A DNA stretch of 64,000 bases from the NCBI GenBank assembly GCA_963765585.1, contig CAVXXB010000003.1:38025-102024 (forward strand). Reading direction: 5' to 3'. A program made the position numbers and the translations under genes. The stretch's first letter is position 1. Every line of letters begins with the position of its first letter. Source of the stretch: Calditrichia bacterium. Its GTDB lineage: Bacteria > Calditrichota > Calditrichia > JAJRVZ01. This document shows positions 19,904 through 30,196 of this stretch, piece after piece. The notes below the pieces were generated by a model. That model saw nothing but the letters and a program-made list of their open reading frames with translations. It searched no databases and was not told the origin of the DNA.

Positions 19904-22108
19904 ATGATGATACGGTTTTTAATCGGTGTAACATTTCTACTTCTATTTTTTTCATGCCAGGAAAAGGAAGAAATATTTATTCCGGTTATCAAACTGGATA
20001 ATCAGGATAAAGTATTCACATTTACAAATAAAAGCTCCGGTTTTTATCTTGGCAGAACACATTCCGAAAATCCATCCACGGGCTATGGCTGGATAGTAAA
20101 TGGGATTAATTATCTGCGAGACTATCAAATAGTCATAAATAATCAGATATTGCAAAGAGACTCCGTTCAGCATGTAAGTTATTATCCACATCAGCTCATC
20201 CGTGAGTATGGTAATGGTTTGCTCGAATCGTTTACCCTGCTTGACTCACTCGATGCCATTGTTTGGCAAATCACGACTCCGGATCCTAAAATGCAACTGG
20301 CATTTATTCCGGTTATAGGTGATTCATTTGCACAGAATAGAATCCTGAATAATGAGCATGATTCTTTATTTATCTCACCGGAAGAGCCGAATCCTGAAGC
20401 AGGTAATTTCGGGAACCTTGTTTCCGGCTTTCGCTGGCTGCAAATATCTCCACAACGTGCAGCCATTTTTTGCGTGTTAAATACCAGTAGTGATAAAGTT
20501 AAGAGTGATCTCGGCTTGCTGGCAAAAACTTATGAAAAAAATATTTCAGATCGGCGGGAGCGGATAACAAAATTTTTATCCATAAATGATGTAGTCACAA
20601 ATATTCCGGAAATCACAGATGCCATCCAATGGGCGCAAATTTCTCTTGATGCTCTGGTTTCGGAAAAAACGGATACCGGCATTTGGGCAGGAATACCTGA
20701 TGTTCCCAAATATCGGGGAAGAGATTCTTTCATTTCTCTTACTGGCGCATTCCTGTGCACGGGAAAATTTGATCAGGCCAGGCAGATACTATCAAAATTT
20801 GCTAAAAATCAGTTAACGAATTCAGATGATACCTGGTTTGGCAGGATTCCCACACAAATATCCAAACATGAAATCTCTTATAATGGTGCTGATGTCACCT
20901 GGTGGTTTATACGCGATGTATATGAGTATATTCTTTACAGTGGAGACACAGAATTTGCGGCAGAAATATTTCCTACAGTAAAAACTGCTCTGATGGGTGC
21001 CCTCAGATACCGGATGGATGAGAAATTCCTTCTGCGTCACCAGGAACTCGAAACATGGATGGGCGGGTATGATTTTCAGTTATCACCAGTACGTCGAGGT
21101 AACCGCGCAGTTGAGATTCAGGCCCTATGGTATACCGCGCTGCAAATAGGATCCAAACTCGCCAACCTGAATGGTGAGAAATCCTTATCAGAGCATTGGA
21201 TAACCATTGCCCGCGAGACAAAGAAAAATTTTCTATCTTACTACTGGAATGATTATAGTTTCCGCATGTATGATCATTTAAAACCGGATGGCAGTACAGA
21301 CAATATGATTCGCCCTAATCAAATATTTACGGTTACCATGCCGGATCTTCCCGGTATTGAACCCTTAGTAAGTGATGAAGCACAGGCATATGTAACAAAC
21401 CAGGTTACAAATAAATTGACATTTCGTTTGGGGGTATCTTCACTGTGGTTAAAATCTTCTGATTTTAATGCATCAGTTGTCAGCGGGACAGATCAGGATG
21501 AAAATACGATCAATCAATATGGGGTAATCTGGCCATGGCTGGCGGGACCCGTGATATCCGCCCTGTCTTCCTGTAATTATGATTATCTGATGTTCGAACT
21601 GTTTTATAATGAAGCCATTCAGATTCTTGATTGGGATGCGATTGGTAATTTTCACCAGCTAATGGCGCCTCCGACAGAGACCGGACAGATAAATCCTGTA
21701 ATTGCCGGTTCGGTATCGCACGCTAAAAGCCTGGCCGAATTTACCCGTAATTTTTATCAGGATATAATTGGATTTAAACCGAACGCGTTGGTTAATGTCG
21801 TCCAATTTAAGCCGGTATTCACGGAAGAACTTTCATTTATCAGTGCAAACTTACCCATGGCGGGCCAACTTATTCATTTTGAGGGTGAAAGAAGTGAGCA
21901 GCTGACTTCCTTTAATATAAGCGCAATAAATATTACGGACACTCTGAGAGTGATTCTGAATTTTCCCGGATATGACAGATCCTATTATAATTTAACCCGG
22001 TCCGAACCAGGTATTGTAATTCAATACGAGAATGCCGACCGGTTTAGGTATCGTAAATATGATAATTTGGATTGGTTTTTTGTACAACTTAGCCTTTTAT
22101 CCGATTAA
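19904..22108 (+). CDS. Amylo-alpha-1,6-glucosidase / glycogen-debranching-enzyme-like (GDE_C family) lipoprotein
   Basis: Lipobox-like signal (LLFFSC). The C-terminal region resembles the GDE_C six-hairpin glycosidase domain (AVEIQALWYTALQIG, QIFTVTMPDLPG). It lies adjacent and convergent to glgP. Confidence 0.6.
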   Translation: MMIRFLIGVTFLLLFFSCQEKEEIFIPVIKLDNQDKVFTFTNKSSGFYLGRTHSENPSTGYGWIVNGINYLRDYQIVINNQILQRDSVQHVSYYPHQLIREYGNGLLESFTLLDSLDAIVWQITTPDPKMQLAFIPVIGDSFAQNRILNNEHDSLFISPEEPNPEAGNFGNLVSGFRWLQISPQRAAIFCVLNTSSDKVKSDLGLLAKTYEKNISDRRERITKFLSINDVVTNIPEITDAIQWAQISLDALVSEKTDTGIWAGIPDVPKYRGRDSFISLTGAFLCTGKFDQARQILSKFAKNQLTNSDDTWFGRIPTQISKHEISYNGADVTWWFIRDVYEYILYSGDTEFAAEIFPTVKTALMGALRYRMDEKFLLRHQELETWMGGYDFQLSPVRRGNRAVEIQALWYTALQIGSKLANLNGEKSLSEHWITIARETKKNFLSYYWNDYSFRMYDHLKPDGSTDNMIRPNQIFTVTMPDLPGIEPLVSDEAQAYVTNQVTNKLTFRLGVSSLWLKSSDFNASVVSGTDQDENTINQYGVIWPWLAGPVISALSSCNYDYLMFELFYNEAIQILDWDAIGNFHQLMAPPTETGQINPVIAGSVSHAKSLAEFTRNFYQDIIGFKPNALVNVVQFKPVFTEELSFISANLPMAGQLIHFEGERSEQLTSFNISAINITDTLRVILNFPGYDRSYYNLTRSEPGIVIQYENADRFRYRKYDNLDWFFVQLSLLSD

Positions 22109-22124
22109 CCTTTTCCCCTTTTTG

Positions 22125-24677
22125 TTAATCCAACCATTTAATTAACCGCACCTCATAGGGATTAAATAAGTCTGGATGAGTTGCCATCACACGGCAATTA
22201 ATATGATAAGACCCGTCTTTTGCGACTTTCACAGCTGCCCGGTATTCTTTAACACCGTCTTCTGTTTCAGCAACCATGCCCATTGTTACGGTCTGCATAT
22301 CCTGATGCCCACGAAACGCATCCTGCCGTTCCAGAATGACCTCGGCTGTAATATCTGATTGTTCTATTCCTTCGGATTTAATCAAAAGTACAATTTCCCG
22401 CTTTTCGCCAGGTGAAAGTACTCGCCGATCTTCATCCATTTTATTTCCATTTTTCAGTTCAAGACGAACTTCCGGCCACAAACGTGTCAACCGGTTGCGC
22501 CACTTTGAAAAACGATCCAGTTCGCGGTATTCCTCCTGGGCATATCTCTCAGATCGTTTCATCGCCGGCATATAATATTGATTGACATAATTCCACACCA
22601 TTCTATGGGCGCTAAAATCGGTTATTGCAGAATGAAAGGCATGTTTCACCATTTGTATCCATTTGTGGGGGATACCATCCTTATCACGCTCATAGAATAG
22701 GGGTATCAATTCATTTTCCAAAATATCATAGAGTGATTCACTATCAGCTGCATCCTGTTGTTCGTGATTGTCATAATGACCTTCTGATCCAATGGCCCAT
22801 CCGTTTTGCTTATTATATCCCTCGATCCACCACCCATCGAGAATACTAAAATTGACGCCGCCATTAATAGGCACTTTTTGTCCGGAAGTACCACTGGCTT
22901 CCAACGGTCTTCTTGGCGTGTTCATCCAGACATCAACACCGGAGACCAGAACCCGGCCCATATTCATATTATAGCCTTCAACAAAAACGATTTTACCCTT
23001 AAAGCCCTCTTCTTTTGCGTATTGATTTAACTTTCGGATTAAATCTTTACCAGCATCATTTGCAGGATGAGCCTTACCGGCAAATAATATTTGCACCGGT
23101 TTATCTTTATTTGCCATAATTTTTTTGACTCTTTCCGGATCTCGAAAAAACAATAATGCACGTTTATATGGTGCAAAACGGCGGGCAAAGCCGATAGTCA
23201 AGGCATCCGGATCAAGGATATCTTCTGCTTCCGGATATCCGGCATTGCCTTCGCCATATCTTTCGATTCGTATTTTATAGTATCTGCGCAAATGGTCAAT
23301 CTGATCTGCACGCATGACCTGAATTTTTTCCCAGAGTACCTCATCGGGAATCTGATAAAATTTATCCCAATATTGCTGGTTTAAAATATTTTCACGCCAG
23401 TCATCGCCAAAATATTCATCAAGTAATTTTATCATTTCACGATGCAACCAGGTAAAGGTATGCACACCGTTGGTTACGTGACCAATAGGAATTTCATGTG
23501 TCGGTAAGCCCGGCCATACTTTTTGCCACATTCCTCTGGAAACCTCACCGTGTAATTTGCTAACACCATTGGCCTGACCGGATAGGTTTAGTGCCAGAAC
23601 CGTTAGTGAAAAATTCTCATGCTCATGAATATTGGTATTGCGACCTAAATCAAAAAACTTTTCATGAGAAATTTCAAGTTTTGGCCACATATGTTTGAAA
23701 TATTTTTCTATCAAATCAAATTCGAAGGCCTCATTGCCCGCCGGGATCGGTGTGTGTGTTGTAAATGTGGTTGAAGCACGGACATATTCCAACGCCGTTT
23801 TATAATCCATTCCATGGTTCATCAGGTTTGTAAGACGCTCTAATCCAAGGAATGCGGAATGGCCTTCGTTCATATGGTATACACTTGGGTTATATCCCAT
23901 TTCCTTTAATGCGCGCATACCGCCAATACCAAGAATAATCTCTTGTTGGATTCTGGTTTCCCTACTACCGCCATAGAGACTATGAATAATTTCCTTATCT
24001 TCATCACTATTAGCATCAACAGTGGTATCCATCAAAAAGACTGAGACACGTCCAACTTTTACTTCCCATATTTTAAGATAAAGATTGTGATCCAGCAAAG
24101 GGACACTAACCAACAGTGGTGTTCCATCCTGATTTTTCACCAGCCGGCATGGAAGTCTTTCGGGATCCAATACATCATATATTTCCACCTGCTCACCGTT
24201 TTCATTTATCTCCTGCTGAAAGTAGGCATGTTTATACATTAACCCGAAGGCAATAAACGGTAATCCAAGATCGCTGGCAGCTTTGGTATGATCGCCGGCG
24301 AGGATTCCTAATCCACCGGCATAATTAGGTAACGATTCATGAATGCCATATTCCGCACAAAAATAGGCCACCAAATGATCGCTCATTTTAGGAAAGTTCT
24401 TACTGAAGGTGGTATCTTTTTTCTCTAAATAATTTTGTAGTCGCTTCCAGCTTTTCCGCAACTTTCCAACAAATACAGTATCATTGGCCAGTTCTTCCAA
24501 CCGTTCTGGAGTTATTTCCAATAGCGTTTCAACCGGATTTCTGCCACGTGAGCGCCACAGATCAACATCCATTTCACGAAAAAGATCTCTGACATCCGGA
24601 TTCCATGCAAACCACAGATTATAAGCAAGGTCTTCAAGTTTCTCGAGATTTTTTGGTAAATTTATTTCATAACTCAT
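22125..24677 (-). CDS. glgP: Alpha-glucan phosphorylase (GT35, maltodextrin/glycogen phosphorylase, alpha-glucan-family type)
   Basis: HMNEGHSAFLGLERL and the TNGVH motif. The K of the FAGKAHP motif is the pyridoxal-phosphate lysine context. 850 aa. Confidence 0.85.
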   Translation of the reverse strand: MSYEINLPKNLEKLEDLAYNLWFAWNPDVRDLFREMDVDLWRSRGRNPVETLLEITPERLEELANDTVFVGKLRKSWKRLQNYLEKKDTTFSKNFPKMSDHLVAYFCAEYGIHESLPNYAGGLGILAGDHTKAASDLGLPFIAFGLMYKHAYFQQEINENGEQVEIYDVLDPERLPCRLVKNQDGTPLLVSVPLLDHNLYLKIWEVKVGRVSVFLMDTTVDANSDEDKEIIHSLYGGSRETRIQQEIILGIGGMRALKEMGYNPSVYHMNEGHSAFLGLERLTNLMNHGMDYKTALEYVRASTTFTTHTPIPAGNEAFEFDLIEKYFKHMWPKLEISHEKFFDLGRNTNIHEHENFSLTVLALNLSGQANGVSKLHGEVSRGMWQKVWPGLPTHEIPIGHVTNGVHTFTWLHREMIKLLDEYFGDDWRENILNQQYWDKFYQIPDEVLWEKIQVMRADQIDHLRRYYKIRIERYGEGNAGYPEAEDILDPDALTIGFARRFAPYKRALLFFRDPERVKKIMANKDKPVQILFAGKAHPANDAGKDLIRKLNQYAKEEGFKGKIVFVEGYNMNMGRVLVSGVDVWMNTPRRPLEASGTSGQKVPINGGVNFSILDGWWIEGYNKQNGWAIGSEGHYDNHEQQDAADSESLYDILENELIPLFYERDKDGIPHKWIQMVKHAFHSAITDFSAHRMVWNYVNQYYMPAMKRSERYAQEEYRELDRFSKWRNRLTRLWPEVRLELKNGNKMDEDRRVLSPGEKREIVLLIKSEGIEQSDITAEVILERQDAFRGHQDMQTVTMGMVAETEDGVKEYRAAVKVAKDGSYHINCRVMATHPDLFNPYEVRLIKWLD

Positions 24678-24780
24678 TTAAGTTTTTCCTCAAATTTCAG
24701 ATTTTTAATAGCCTTAAAGTTAACAAAATTTCATTTATTTTCAAAGCACCTGATATGCTATTTTAAAACATATTTTACTC

Positions 24781-24893
24781 GCTATCTGCTGTCGGCTATC
24801 GGCTATCAGCAAAGATTGGTGGTGCAACCAGCGCTTGGAGACCAAAAGCGGAAGGCCGAAAGCCGATGGCAGACAGCGGACAGCCGATTGCCA
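24781..24893. repeat. Imperfect inverted repeat built from CGGCTAT heptamers (left arm 24781..24810, right arm 24855..24893) abutting the SDR stop
   Basis: Left arm: gctgtcggctatcggctatcagc. The right arm reverse-complements to ggcaatcggctgtccgctgtctgccatcggc. Confidence 0.6.
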
Positions 24894-25628
24894 CTACGCA
24901 ATACTCCTGCCCCCATCCACATTGATAATTGCTCCGGTAATATAATCCGATCCTTCAAGAATAAACCGAACGGTTCGTGCAATATCTTCCGGGGAACCTT
25001 CTTTTTGAAGTAGGGTATTTCTTAGTGCTCTGTCCTGATCTTCCTGCGAGTAATGATCCGGGAACATAACCGGGCCAGGATTAATACAGTTCACCTGCAC
25101 TTCCGGTGCCAATGCCTTCGCCAATCCCTTTGTCATCGATATAATACCACTTTTTGTTAAACCATAAGGAATATAGGAAGGCCAGGGATTTAACCCACTG
25201 GGGTCACCGATATTTATAATTTTTCCCCCGCCATGCGCTTTCATATGTAATCCGGCTTTTTGCGCACAGAAAAACGGGGCCTTCAGGTTGATCTGAAATA
25301 ATTGATCCCAATCTTCTTCAGTTACATCACCCAATGGCGTTTTGAAAAAGACAGCGGCGTTGTTTATCAGTGCATCAATACGACCAGATTTTTTTATTAC
25401 CTGATCAACCATAGATTCAGCAAAATCGACAGAGTTCAGATCACCCTGAATCAGAGATAACTTCCCGGAACTATTTTCAGTCTCCTTTTGCAGAGATGCA
25501 GATTCCTTTTCGGAACTGTTATAGTGACAAAACACAGTAGCACCGGCACTGAGCAGATTAAGCGTGATTGCCCGGCCGACTCTTACCACCCCACCCGTTA
25601 TCAGGACATTTTTATTTTTTAGATCCAT
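24894..25628 (-). CDS. SDR-family oxidoreductase (pteridine-reductase/FolM-like)
   Basis: NVLITGGVVRVGRAI Rossmann motif and the NNAA motif. 244 aa. Confidence 0.8.
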   Translation of the reverse strand: MDLKNKNVLITGGVVRVGRAITLNLLSAGATVFCHYNSSEKESASLQKETENSSGKLSLIQGDLNSVDFAESMVDQVIKKSGRIDALINNAAVFFKTPLGDVTEEDWDQLFQINLKAPFFCAQKAGLHMKAHGGGKIINIGDPSGLNPWPSYIPYGLTKSGIISMTKGLAKALAPEVQVNCINPGPVMFPDHYSQEDQDRALRNTLLQKEGSPEDIARTVRFILEGSDYITGAIINVDGGRSIA

Positions 25629-25695
25629 GTTGCTAACTCATTCTCATAATTTCAGGATATTAGTTTAAGGGTTTGGCAGGCAGCAAGCAAAAAGA

Positions 25696-26322
25696 TTAAG
25701 ACTGGAGGAAGGGGTTATGAATCTTTTCCCGTCCAATAGTGGTTGACGGACCATGTCCGGAATGTACATTTGTTGATTCAGGAAGTGTCAGCAGTTCTTT
25801 TTTGATCGATTGGATTAACTGGTCAAAATCACCTTTATATAGATCGGTCCGGCCGATTGAATCCATAAACAGGCAGTCTCCAACAAACACATCTTCACCC
25901 CAGTGAATTGAAATGCTGCCGGGTGAGTGACCGGGCGTATGATATAACTTTGCTTTGTAATCACCTAACTGAATTTCGTCGCCGTCATTTACATATTTGG
26001 TAACGGTCGGTGCCTCATCCGCTTTAAGCCCGAACATTTTTGCCTGCTCCGGCAGGACATCCAGCAGAGGTAACTCTTCCCGATGCAAATAGAACCCGAC
26101 ATCAAAATGTTTTTGCACCGTTCCGGCTTCCGCCACATGATCAATGTGTGCATGAGTATTTATAATATAGTTCAGGTTCAATCCCAATTCCTCAACGCGT
26201 TTGATCAATCGTTCCGCTTCCATCCCCGGATCAATATAAATTGCATCTTTGGTATCGTCATCATATAGCAAGTAACAATTCATGGCAAAAGCGCCGACCG
26301 TGATCGTCTCAATATTTAGCAT
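25696..26322 (-). CDS. MBL-fold metallo-hydrolase (hydroxyacylglutathione hydrolase-like)
   Basis: HAHIDHV (HxHxDH) metal-binding motif. The start is taken at ATG 26322, one nt after the stop of the upstream small ORF (TAAtATG coupling). The track ORF extends to 26355. Confidence 0.8.
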   Translation of the reverse strand: MLNIETITVGAFAMNCYLLYDDDTKDAIYIDPGMEAERLIKRVEELGLNLNYIINTHAHIDHVAEAGTVQKHFDVGFYLHREELPLLDVLPEQAKMFGLKADEAPTVTKYVNDGDEIQLGDYKAKLYHTPGHSPGSISIHWGEDVFVGDCLFMDSIGRTDLYKGDFDQLIQSIKKELLTLPESTNVHSGHGPSTTIGREKIHNPFLQS

Positions 26323-26323
26323 A

Positions 26324-26515
26324 TTATTCACACCCGCCCATTTTACTGATCGCAAAATAAGGAATAATTATATACAGCGTAACATCGCGTACCAAATAAA
26401 AAAGAATAAAGGCAATAAAGAACTTCCAGCCTTTTTGTTTGATAAAGGCCTTTACGCCTTCGTTCTTTATAATAGTTAACCAATCGACCGCCCACTGTGG
26501 TCTTAAAAATTTCAT
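26324..26515 (-). CDS. Small membrane protein (63 aa)
   Basis: One or two predicted TM helices. Its stop sits 1 nt from the MBL start, suggesting translational coupling. Confidence 0.3.
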   Translation of the reverse strand: MKFLRPQWAVDWLTIIKNEGVKAFIKQKGWKFFIAFILFYLVRDVTLYIIIPYFAISKMGGCE

Positions 26516-26707
26516 ATCGTAAATCTCACTATTCTTATATATTCAATCTTGCCAAGAGCGAAAGTGTAACGTGATTCATGGCTAAAATATTCTCTTTGTT
26601 GAATATTGTAAATATTTGAGGATGCAGGACTCAAGATTCAGGTCTTAATTATCAGGATTTTTGCTGCGGACTCAGCTGATTTTTACACGACTATTAGATT
26701 GCCTTGT

Positions 26708-27487
26708 TTAGAATTGTATGTGTCCCTCCATATACAACTGTCCCCTGCCGGCTATTGTCACCCGGTCACTATTCAACTCACAGAACAACTCGCCGCCGCG
26801 GCATGATATCTGGCGGGCTTCCATCTTATTCTTACCCAGTTTTTTTGCCCAATATGGAATCAGTGTACAATGGGCCGAACCGGTAACCGGATCTTCCGGT
26901 ATGCCTACCGCCGGTGCAAAAAAGCGCGAAACAAAATCTACCTCATCTCCGGGCGCTGTCACAATAACTGCCATGCGATCAAGTTCTTTCAGTTTTGCCA
27001 TATATGGATGAAGTTCACGAACCTCTTTTTCAGTATCATATACAACAAGATAATAATTTGAGGCAAGCACTTCCTTCGGTTCCAGATCCAGTCCTTTTAA
27101 TAAATTTTCAGGCACCTCGCATACTTCCGGGGGATGTACCGGAAAATCCATGGAATATATATCATCTTTTTTTACCACATGTAATTCACCACTATGTGTA
27201 CCAAATTTTACTTCCGTTAAATCCGGCTGAATTTTATTCATGAGCACATAGGCGCTGGCAAGGGTTGCATGACCGCAAAGATCTACTTCGCGTTGCGGAG
27301 TAAACCATCGCAGCTGATAGTAGCCGCCACGATCCACAAAAAACGCGGTTTCTGACAGATTGTTTTCTTCGGCAATTTTTTGCATCAGATCATCTTCCAG
27401 CCAGTATTCCAGTGGAATTACCGCGGCCGGATTTCCGGAAAAAATACTACTTGAAAAGGCATCAATTTGAAAAATGGGAAGTTTCAT
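26708..27487 (-). CDS. PhzF-family phenazine-biosynthesis-like isomerase
   Basis: MKLPIFQIDAFSSSIFSGNPAAVI is the PhzF/DAP-epimerase-fold N-terminus. AGGTGGAG RBS 5 nt upstream of ATG 27487. The track ORF starts 22 codons further upstream. Confidence 0.8.
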   Translation of the reverse strand: MKLPIFQIDAFSSSIFSGNPAAVIPLEYWLEDDLMQKIAEENNLSETAFFVDRGGYYQLRWFTPQREVDLCGHATLASAYVLMNKIQPDLTEVKFGTHSGELHVVKKDDIYSMDFPVHPPEVCEVPENLLKGLDLEPKEVLASNYYLVVYDTEKEVRELHPYMAKLKELDRMAVIVTAPGDEVDFVSRFFAPAVGIPEDPVTGSAHCTLIPYWAKKLGKNKMEARQISCRGGELFCELNSDRVTIAGRGQLYMEGHIQF

Positions 27488-27610
27488 TTTTACTCCACCT
27501 GAATTTTCGGTTGATTGACCATATAAAATCGGAATAATAGTTAAAATTATCAACTATTATTAGCTTTTTTTTGTATTTATTTGGAATTGGTTAGTCATGG
27601 CGAAAATTAG

Positions 27611-27984
27611 TCCCTGAGCACCTGAGTTCCTAAGCAATTCCTATATTACCTAAAATGTCATCATGTAATGATCTTTTACCCGAAATGTTAAACTTGATAG
27701 AATGTGATAAATCTAAAGAAGAACCGCAGAGGACGCGGAGAAGTCACAGAGTTCACTGAGAAAAAAAATACTGGATACTTGATGCTGGATGCTGGCCAAA
27801 TCATGGATGATTTGGTCCCGATATGTTTTCTGGAGGAAAACGCTTCTATCGGGAGCGATCTTTGTGGAAATACATTGCGTCATTACGGTTAAAAAAGTTG
27901 AACACATAGTGACAATTGTACTTCGGGTAAAAGGTCCTTCCAGGATGACATCATCGGATGCACTTAGGGACTCAGGTGCTCAGG
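27611..27984. mobile_element. MITE-like non-autonomous element, or a large structured RNA: ~70-bp imperfect terminal inverted repeats flanking a ~230-bp core
   Basis: Left end tccctgagcacctgagttcctaagc (27611..27635) matches the reverse complement of gcacttagggactcaggtgctcaggga (27958..27984) at 24 of 26 positions. Inner arms also pair: the reverse complement of 27651..27676 begins ttcgggtaaaag..., and 27922..27953 reads cttcgggtaaaaggtcc...gatgacatcat. The interior has only 62- and 64-codon ORFs. Confidence 0.4.
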
Positions 27985-28108
27985 GATAATGGACTTTCTT
28001 AAACTAATTTTACTCCGTATTCTCCATCGTTTTATTTTTAATCCCATTTTTCATATATTATATGTTTATACCGGAATCGGTAGTTTTAACAGAAGTAAAG
28101 GAATTGGT

Positions 28109-29998
28109 TTGAGTAAAAATCCCAGCAGCGACCTGCGTCAATATTTTCGAATATTATCTTATTTAAAACCCTATACACGACAAATCATTGTTATTTTAGT
28201 TTTTAATTTCATGTTTGTCATATTCAATGCACTGTCAATCTGGATGGTGGCACCCTTTGTCAGCACACTTTTTGACACTCAGGACGAACAGGTTGAACAG
28301 AGCATTACTGAAAAAGCGCCTGAGGAAGAAGTCAGTTTCTTTGATCTGAATGAGTGGCTTAAATCTAAAATTGATGGCTTGTTCAAACGCTCGGACAAGA
28401 TCGAAACTTTAAAACTGCTTTGTTTTATGATATTTTTTACTTTTCTATTGAAAAATATGTTCGCCTTTCTTGAAGCCTGGTTTGTTACCTATGTGGAACA
28501 AAGAGCAGTCAAAGATATGCGCGATGAAACCTATGGTCATATTCTGATACAACCACTTAGTTTCTTCACCAGATATGAAACCGGGAATTTAATGTCCCGG
28601 ATCACAAATGATATCACCACACTCAGCGTCACACTAAATCAGAATTTTACAAAAGTCATCCGTGAGCCTCTGGTCGTTATTATTTTCCTGACCATTTTGA
28701 TAAGTATTAGTTGGCAACTGACTTTGATTGCCTTACTTGTATTTCCGATAACCGGATTTATGATAACAAAAATCGGCCGGATTATTAAAAGACGCAGTAA
28801 ACGTGTACAGGAAAAGATTGCTGATATTACCACTGTATTACAGGAAACCTTTACCGGTGTAAAAGTGGTTAAGGCATTTTCCATGGAAAAATATGAGGAC
28901 GATAAATTTAAAGAAAAAACCAACGTTCATTTTAAAGCCAGTGTGCGACAGTTACGTATGAATCGGTTAGGTTCTCCCCTTTCTGAAACTCTCGGCATCG
29001 GTATCATGGTTCTGGTGCTATGGTTTGGCGGAAGCCTGGTACTGGTTGGTCAACTTGTCAGTGCCGAGGATTTTATTCGATTCCTTGCCGTTCTCTTTTC
29101 TATAATGTCACCGATAAAAGCACTTGGCCAGTTAAATAATGATATTCAGGTATCACTGGCGGCCGGAAATCGTATCTTCTCCATTTTGGATACCCAATCT
29201 GACATTATTGATAAGCCGGATGCGTTAAACAAAGAAACGTTCGACCATAAAATCACATATGACAATGTTAGTTTTCAGTATAGTGCAAATGATGATCTCG
29301 TATTACATGATATTCAATTGGAGATTGAGAAAAATACAAAAGTTGCATTTGTTGGTGGTAGTGGTGCAGGAAAGACAACCCTCGTGAACCTGTTGCCCCG
29401 GTTTTATGATGTCCTTAAGGGCCGTATTTTAATCGATGATACAGATATTCGTGATATGAAGATGGCCGGTCTGCGTAAACTAATGGGCATTGTCACCCAG
29501 GAAGTCATTTTATTCAACGACACCATTGCTAATAACATTGCCTATGGCCTTAAAGACTATTCGCGAACCGATATTGAAAACGCTGCGCGTCTGGCAAATG
29601 CGTATGATTTTATTATGGCCTTTCCCGATGGATTTGAAACCATGATCGGTGAGCGTGGCATGCGCCTCTCCGGTGGCCAAAGACAGAGAATATCCATAGC
29701 AAGAGCTATCCTGAAGAATCCACCGATCCTCATTTTTGATGAAGCCACCTCTTCCCTCGATTCCGAATCTGAACGTCTGATACAGGAAGCTATTGATAAT
29801 CTGATGAAAGACCGTACCGTTTTAATTGTGGCCCATCGTCTCTCCTCAATTATAAAATCCGACTATATTGCAGTAATGGAGAATGGCAGGATCATAGATA
29901 TCGGCAACCATGAAGAGCTTCTGGAACGATCGAAAAGATACAAGTTTTTGTATCAGCTGCAGTTTGCGGATAAGAATGATGTTGGCACGGATGAATAA
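28109..29998 (+). CDS. ABC transporter, fused permease/ATP-binding (MsbA/lipid-A-exporter-like)
   Basis: Six-TM ABC exporter domain, then Walker A GGSGAGKTTL, signature LSGGQRQR and Walker B ILIFDEATSSLD. The track ORF starts at 27989, inside the MITE-like arm. An in-frame TTG at 28109 with an AAGGA 8 nt upstream gives MSKNPSSDLRQYFRILSYLKPY, a typical MsbA N-terminus. Confidence 0.85.
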   Translation: MSKNPSSDLRQYFRILSYLKPYTRQIIVILVFNFMFVIFNALSIWMVAPFVSTLFDTQDEQVEQSITEKAPEEEVSFFDLNEWLKSKIDGLFKRSDKIETLKLLCFMIFFTFLLKNMFAFLEAWFVTYVEQRAVKDMRDETYGHILIQPLSFFTRYETGNLMSRITNDITTLSVTLNQNFTKVIREPLVVIIFLTILISISWQLTLIALLVFPITGFMITKIGRIIKRRSKRVQEKIADITTVLQETFTGVKVVKAFSMEKYEDDKFKEKTNVHFKASVRQLRMNRLGSPLSETLGIGIMVLVLWFGGSLVLVGQLVSAEDFIRFLAVLFSIMSPIKALGQLNNDIQVSLAAGNRIFSILDTQSDIIDKPDALNKETFDHKITYDNVSFQYSANDDLVLHDIQLEIEKNTKVAFVGGSGAGKTTLVNLLPRFYDVLKGRILIDDTDIRDMKMAGLRKLMGIVTQEVILFNDTIANNIAYGLKDYSRTDIENAARLANAYDFIMAFPDGFETMIGERGMRLSGGQRQRISIARAILKNPPILIFDEATSSLDSESERLIQEAIDNLMKDRTVLIVAHRLSSIIKSDYIAVMENGRIIDIGNHEELLERSKRYKFLYQLQFADKNDVGTDE

Positions 29999-30082
29999 TT
30001 TCCGAGTACGGATATAAGTACAGATAGTCATGCTGTAAGCACCTTTGACCCGGAGCACGATTATCCCGGCAGGTTTACTCTT

Positions 30083-30180
30083 TTAACCGCAAAGAGCGCA
30101 AGGGATAAAATAAAAGATCGCAAAATAAATAAATTGATTTTTCTTTGCTTCAGTTACCTCTCCGCGTTCTCTGCGGTTAA
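30083..30180. repeat. Inverted repeat ttaaccgcaaagagcgc ... gcgttctctgcggttaa flanking ~60 bp, between convergent gene ends
   Basis: Read directly. A likely bidirectional terminator or structured element. Confidence 0.5.
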
Positions 30181-30196
30181 TCTTTATCTAATCACC

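Noticed and set aside
26622-26665. Possible CRISPR or tandem array (gcaggactcaagattcaggtcttaattatcaggattt)
   Set aside because: It shows only degenerate 7-nt periodicity (CAGGAYT-like), with no repeat/spacer structure and no cas genes. It is recorded as one more member of the heptad-periodic family, not as a separate feature.
27704-27907. 62- and 64-codon ORFs on both strands inside the MITE-like element
   Set aside because: Mutually overlapping, with no RBS and no family resemblance. More likely non-coding interior of the repeat element.
27989-28108. N-terminal 40 codons of the long ORF-track call for the MsbA-like ABC gene
   Set aside because: This segment lies inside the right inverted-repeat arm and encodes a poorly conserved basic leader. 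The in-frame TTG at 28109 with an AAGGA RBS gives a family-typical N-terminus.
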